A model generated the notes under the pieces. That model was not told the origin of the DNA. It made no database searches and saw only the letters and a program-made list of their open reading frames with translations. Below, one piece after another: positions 28,701 to 32,132 of a DNA stretch of 32,132 nt. Numbering within the stretch: position 1 is the stretch's first letter; the number at the start of each line of letters is the position of its first letter. The position numbers and the translations under genes were made by a program. The stretch comes from Trichomonas gallinae (taxonomy: Eukaryota). The stretch lies in assembly GCA_008369845.1 (NCBI GenBank), contig MRSU01007562.1, positions 1-32,132 on the forward strand. Reading direction: 5' to 3'.

Positions 28701-31240
28701 TATATTGACGGAGAGTCGTAGAACAATAATGGAGCAATGAACTGTTTCATGAACTTCTCGACAGTGTTTTCTTCAGCTTGCTGACCTTCAGCGGTTGTCA
28801 AGAAAACGTCGCTCGATGTTTCATTCAGTTCGAAGAACTGTACTAATCTATCTGAGTCAATTGAAACATTATTATAGCGAACAGCAGCCTCAAGAATCGT
28901 GTTCTGCATTCTCTGGTATCTGACCAATCTGTCAAGCAAATCAAAATTGTTCGACAATATTATATCCTTCACATCGCTCGGAGAACAAAAGTTAAGAGTA
29001 ATAGGCTCAATTTCGCTCAAAGCAAAATCAATGAATTTCTCGCCGGAAGCTGTCTGATGCATTTCCAGCACATCTCCACCTTTCGCTGTTTCTCTGAACG
29101 GCCCCATTGTCACTGATCTGTCTGATATATTCAGCCAGTCGCAGCCTTCGAAGTATGCGACTTGAAGCATGTTCGTTCTTATGACTTCATCTTCGAGCTG
29201 ATGAGTGTAATGCAGAAATCTCTTGAGCGCCAGGTAGAACCTCAGCTTCTTTCCTTCATTCATGTTTTCGCTGATGGCGTCGAACTCGGTGATGCGATTG
29301 ACAAAAGCGGAATTGAAAAGTGAATTGACTGTGTCAGATAATGGGAAGTTAAATGATGACGTGCTCCTGTCGTAAGGGAAAGAATAGAAATCTGCCTTCA
29401 GCATCTCTTCTACCTGCTTCCAAATGCTCAGTTCCACGCAGTTAATGAACCTGATCTGCCGTATACTCAAAGATTCGATGAATTCGAAAACTATGTTGTG
29501 AACTATATCTAAAACATCGCCAATCTTCCCGAGAGACTGGTAAACCTCGAAGACAGTCATAGGTATACTCTCGTGGAACTTCCTGTAGTACTTGTTTTCT
29601 GATGATAGGCTGATAGGCCTGTCGAAAATCGGAATTACGTCGTTAAACTGCATCGAGATTTGCCTTTCGTGCATAACTTGCGAGTTGAAGAGATACCTTA
29701 CTATATTTGCCTTCTTGTTCATCACTTCGACTTCAATTTCGAAAGGACTCTCGAAACTTCTGTATAAATGCAAAGGTAATCTTGGATTTTCATCCAAAAC
29801 CTGAGAAATTATCTTCCAAAGCTTCTCTTCGCCTGAGTGTTCGTAGGCTTCCAGTAATGGCTGAAGTAACGCACGCTTTGCCTGTAAAAAGTTTGACATA
29901 TGAATTAAAAGATGTTCAAGAAGTCCTTCTTTGTCGACAGACAGATTTGCTTCTTCTATTGTGCTCTGATAGCGGTCTAAATTGAATGTTGCGATCTTCA
30001 AAATCAAGTTTTTCGTTTGTTCATATTTTGCGAGTGCTTTTGTAAAGATAATCGTTTTGTCATCATCATCTTTGAGTTCAATAATGAGTGGAATTTCTGG
30101 ATCGGAGTTGATTTTGTAGTTTTTACCTGTTCTTATTAATTCAAAATAATTAAAGTGAGAAAGAATCATAACTAAAAGATATTTCATGTGGACAAGTCTT
30201 AACTCGAGCCAAGAAACAAGTTTATGCTCAGGAATTTTCGTTCTATAAAATCTAACAACTTCTGTGATATTATTCATTATTTCATCTTGGTTATATGTAA
30301 ATAAATGCTCGAAAATCAGAGATAATTTGACATCAGGAGCAACATCATCTAGCATTCTATCCATAACTATTTGTTCTTGCGATGGATCTGTTTTCATTGA
30401 CTTCCTTGGATAGTTTCTTTCCGTATATTCTATGTTAAGCTTCTTCCAGAGAGTGTGGAAAATCTTATCTGCATGATACAAAAATGCTTGGCCATCAGCC
30501 AATGAAATATCTGTTTGAATTCCGAATTTCTTCGATAGTCTTTCAAGTTCTTGGTCAACAACTTCCAGTTTATCAGGGAAGAACAATACTTGAGGCCTTG
30601 AGCTGTCTTTTGTCATTGTATCCATAACTGTATTGAGAATTCGATTAATTATTGGCGCTCGCGATGATAATGGGAATGATTTTATCTTTTGATTGACTGA
30701 ACTTAAGTAAGATGCACGCAGATCCTCGTAAAATATCGAATTTAGCTGCATAATAATATCAAATAATGAAAATGTTGAAATTGTTGTCGCTTGCAGTCTT
30801 TTTAGACCAGATTCGCACTGATAAAGCCTGTTTGCGATAGATTTCGTAAAAACAAACAAAGATTCTTGAGAATCAATAACAATTTGCGAACTAGTGAAGT
30901 GTTTCTTAACGATTTCCCTGATTTTGTTTACACGGTCTATTTCTGATGCGAAAAACAGTTTCAATTGCTTCTGTGTTTCATTTGATAAATTCGGATTTAT
31001 TTCAGAACTCGATAATAAATCTGATGAGTACGTATTAAATGTCGGAATTTTAACAGGATCTGTAAATTTGGTTAAAAACTCGTCTCTTTCGGTTCTATAA
31101 TCGAGCATTGTTTTTATTTCCGGAATTGTCGATGATAGCATGGAAATTTCTGTTGGAGTTAAGTCACGAAGCTTGATTTCCGTTGTGCTCGTTAGTTTTT
31201 GCGTCAGTAATTCGAGATCAGCTTCGGTATTTTCCAACAT
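25778..31240 (-). CDS. Large hypothetical protein (1820 aa), helical body with C-terminal coiled coil
   Basis: Uninterrupted 5.46-kb ATG..TAA ORF; the last ~380 aa are strongly heptad-like. No catalytic motif recognised. Confidence 0.9.
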   Translation of the reverse strand: MLENTEADLELLTQKLTSTTEIKLRDLTPTEISMLSSTIPEIKTMLDYRTERDEFLTKFTDPVKIPTFNTYSSDLLSSSEINPNLSNETQKQLKLFFASEIDRVNKIREIVKKHFTSSQIVIDSQESLFVFTKSIANRLYQCESGLKRLQATTISTFSLFDIIMQLNSIFYEDLRASYLSSVNQKIKSFPLSSRAPIINRILNTVMDTMTKDSSRPQVLFFPDKLEVVDQELERLSKKFGIQTDISLADGQAFLYHADKIFHTLWKKLNIEYTERNYPRKSMKTDPSQEQIVMDRMLDDVAPDVKLSLIFEHLFTYNQDEIMNNITEVVRFYRTKIPEHKLVSWLELRLVHMKYLLVMILSHFNYFELIRTGKNYKINSDPEIPLIIELKDDDDKTIIFTKALAKYEQTKNLILKIATFNLDRYQSTIEEANLSVDKEGLLEHLLIHMSNFLQAKRALLQPLLEAYEHSGEEKLWKIISQVLDENPRLPLHLYRSFESPFEIEVEVMNKKANIVRYLFNSQVMHERQISMQFNDVIPIFDRPISLSSENKYYRKFHESIPMTVFEVYQSLGKIGDVLDIVHNIVFEFIESLSIRQIRFINCVELSIWKQVEEMLKADFYSFPYDRSTSSFNFPLSDTVNSLFNSAFVNRITEFDAISENMNEGKKLRFYLALKRFLHYTHQLEDEVIRTNMLQVAYFEGCDWLNISDRSVTMGPFRETAKGGDVLEMHQTASGEKFIDFALSEIEPITLNFCSPSDVKDIILSNNFDLLDRLVRYQRMQNTILEAAVRYNNVSIDSDRLVQFFELNETSSDVFLTTAEGQQAEENTVEKFMKQFIAPLLFYDSPSIYRDNQLMQNDKLSFMISISSIKTRTRTLLTSKVRQRDYNSEALYDLYRKEMLEAFSVAIYRYEIMRVTNIERMVLLSNAFVDTFTLGPQPNVALATEAGNIDAFFYVPTWVEVFQMMQTTPYARQLMSMKDLLSYVIYRLRLLILTKFECSIAMNSNQLYPSLYNGKFSMETGFFQKLTNELVRLPNSRQVDIAAKYLEDKALHYFYRIEHAALRTIEFFYQSMKIDSARSGESTEEALAKKSHPKFCLIVKDLWKQMHVATHVDEHLISQTRYAPSWAFLFLAGARDHDRLDFSNSLQATDQFLDIAIKGIKGTSVMEYFQILPASIRFLKDAICLYHLKFAYYLLLEKYSQNEITQESTVSLLSHTAAVAGAQMWNDVILSEVNKVLSVDDETTQKFTPVSIQKQTQTTFDVARNAIDCILLNSQIKIVQEQVSTIEHGLSSGIKNVAELKPDITSEIYSNSKNQSLTQVTPQQVDKQFNEELRYSIAQLTNKLFTALDTTTLERRNHDGTFDTLYDADVFEAMALKMTNALSIFGEGSVNDLNTTWGDYIRALSSQLTNNDEEGILLTIYQQIQDTRLERQIASQSSVLFTDSFFEINNLRGRLALLKENRSAQEQQMIAEERVVFDDLVTDLKKEINFKQSEFGGIKKSVLDTVSKRILTAQGVTLERKEGETAHEESVNPKDKLDNINAENADLAKKIKILRITRCMAMIALRRTFKKKIASAESDRRAANATLWGAKLDYDENGKLMMEQLIDTSRRLANLEIEIEKVKQQLENEKMSNIQLVHWKAKNERKADDLKNEIAKFDNMGDVNIDELLQKLEAKTTELEDLRRESDEIEMRAESDIRKPMKDIQKMREQIRDQRISRGIMLRTSNSVLSQEARDWQADMKNRELATSSVSQENIKLKKENELLKIQIERYEADKDGRSVEQKKQMEATLRFNGTKSSMARAASKISPITKPSLPPRSISKL

Positions 31241-31813
31241 TGTTTTGAAGAAAACACGTTTTTTTGGTGTAACATTAATAATATTATATAGACTTGAGAT
31301 ATTGAATGGGTACTGGAAAATGTAGATATTTCGTTAAACAAGTAGTGAATTAAAGCAAAATTCAAAAATTGAAAAATCTAAAATTGTTTTTTAAACAGTC
31401 AGCACTTATTACAATGATAATTCTCTAGGAGATTTATTAATCTTAATTATTATATTTTAGTTTTAGTCATATAATTTTTGAACTTAGGAAATATTATGCT
31501 TGGATCACAACTAGTCGTTATATATGATGGTTCTAGTCGTAGATATTATATATTCAGCATTATATAGTGAATTTATAGTTAGATCGAATCAGATATTTTA
31601 TTTATTAAAGTTTGAATCCGTGAAAAAAGGGTAAATATATAATATATTGGATCAGTATGATATATTAAAAATGTTGTAAAAAAAAACCTAAATTGAGACC
31701 TTCAGTAAGATTGGGCCCGTAGGACTATGGTACCGATTGAGTAAAAATAATCGTCATCAATTCAATTGTAATTTTTAGTATGAAAGAACTAATTACAAGA
31801 ACGAAAACGTGTA

Positions 31814-31886
31814 GCTTTCGTAGCTCAATCGGTAGAGCGTAGGTCTCATAATCCTAAGGTCGCGCGTTCGAGTCCCGCCGAAAGCA
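31814..31886 (+). tRNA. tRNA-Met (CAT), elongator type
   Basis: 73-nt cloverleaf: acceptor GCTTTCG/CGAAAGC+A, D arm GCTC/GAGC, anticodon arm TAGGT-CTCATAA-TCCTA, T arm GCGCG-TTCGAGT-CCCGC. G1:C72, the TTCG T loop and U31:U39 indicate elongator rather than initiator. No intron and no encoded CCA. Confidence 0.95.
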
Positions 31887-31890
31887 GATG

Positions 31891-31916
31891 TTTTTTCCTT
31901 TTCCTTTTTCCTTTTT
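31891..31916 (+). terminator. RNA polymerase III terminator (oligo-dT runs) of tRNA-Met
   Basis: T6 begins 5 nt after the discriminator base and is followed by further T4-T5 runs separated by CC. Confidence 0.8.
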
Positions 31917-32034
31917 AGCTGCAGAGGAGATGATTGCCTCCGCCGTGCAGGGCATGGGTGGAGAAGAATTTAGGCAAAAACCCGAAATATTGCAAATTAT
32001 ATATATCACAGACCCGAAATTTTGGGAATTCTAC

Positions 32035-32093
32035 ATTTTCCCAAAAAGTGACAATGGACTTAAAGCAGGGGTGTTGTCACTTTTAGGGAAAAT
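32035..32093. repeat. 20-bp inverted repeat (19/20 match) with 19-nt spacer
   Basis: ATTTTCCCAAAAAGTGACAA (32035-32054) pairs with TTGTCACTTTTAGGGAAAAT (32074-32093). Confidence 0.9.
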
Positions 32094-32132
32094 AAAAAAT
32101 TAAAAAGAGATTTAATGATTAATATTGATTAA

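Noticed and set aside
3578..31325. Numerous 60-135 aa ORFs overlapping or antisense to the major genes
   Set aside because: Shadow ORFs, many with non-ATG starts and none with recognisable domains.
31690..31800. GC-richer patch (GGGCCC, GGTACC) and weak TTGTAATT..AATTACAA hairpin upstream of the tRNA
   Set aside because: No recognisable snRNA or snoRNA boxes, and the AT-rich stem is within chance expectation.
31814..31886. Initiator tRNA-Met or bacterial tRNA-Ile2 (CAT)
   Set aside because: It lacks A1:U72 and the three G:C anticodon-stem pairs of initiators, has U31:U39 and a Pol III terminator, and sits in a eukaryotic context.
31888..32103. 71-aa ORF directly after the tRNA
   Set aside because: It begins in the Pol III terminator T-runs, leaves no room for a promoter, crosses a hairpin and has no recognisable motif.

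Overview
AT-rich, gene-dense eukaryotic DNA with no introns evident, most consistent with Trichomonas vaginalis or a close parabasalid. This is inferred from TCA(T/C)T initiator motifs 10-30 nt upstream of ATGs, TAA stops embedded in TAAA, and an R2R3 Myb, kelch and ankyrin sequences of trichomonad style. The window holds 11 intact single-exon genes: an ARM-like protein, a 2753-aa protein with a cryptic ~450-aa internal periodicity and a Q/P/M tail, an ORC5-like AAA+ protein, two coiled-coil proteins, a kelch protein, a Rab, a PH-AGC pseudokinase, an R2R3 Myb, BMS1 and an 1820-aa coiled-coil protein. It also holds a chimeric GH16/ankyrin pseudogene and an elongator tRNA-Met(CAT). No transposase, rRNA or CRISPR array was seen. 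The most notable observations are: (1) a head-to-head Rab(Q->S)/pseudokinase pair with a mirrored AGGGTCTGA motif before both starts; (2) phased TGTCA-core arrays and palindromes in intergenic DNA; (3) a 3-4-fold module repeat in the giant protein; (4) a bacterial-type GH16 relic fused to an ankyrin fragment. All calls are by-eye motif recognition; no database searches were run.
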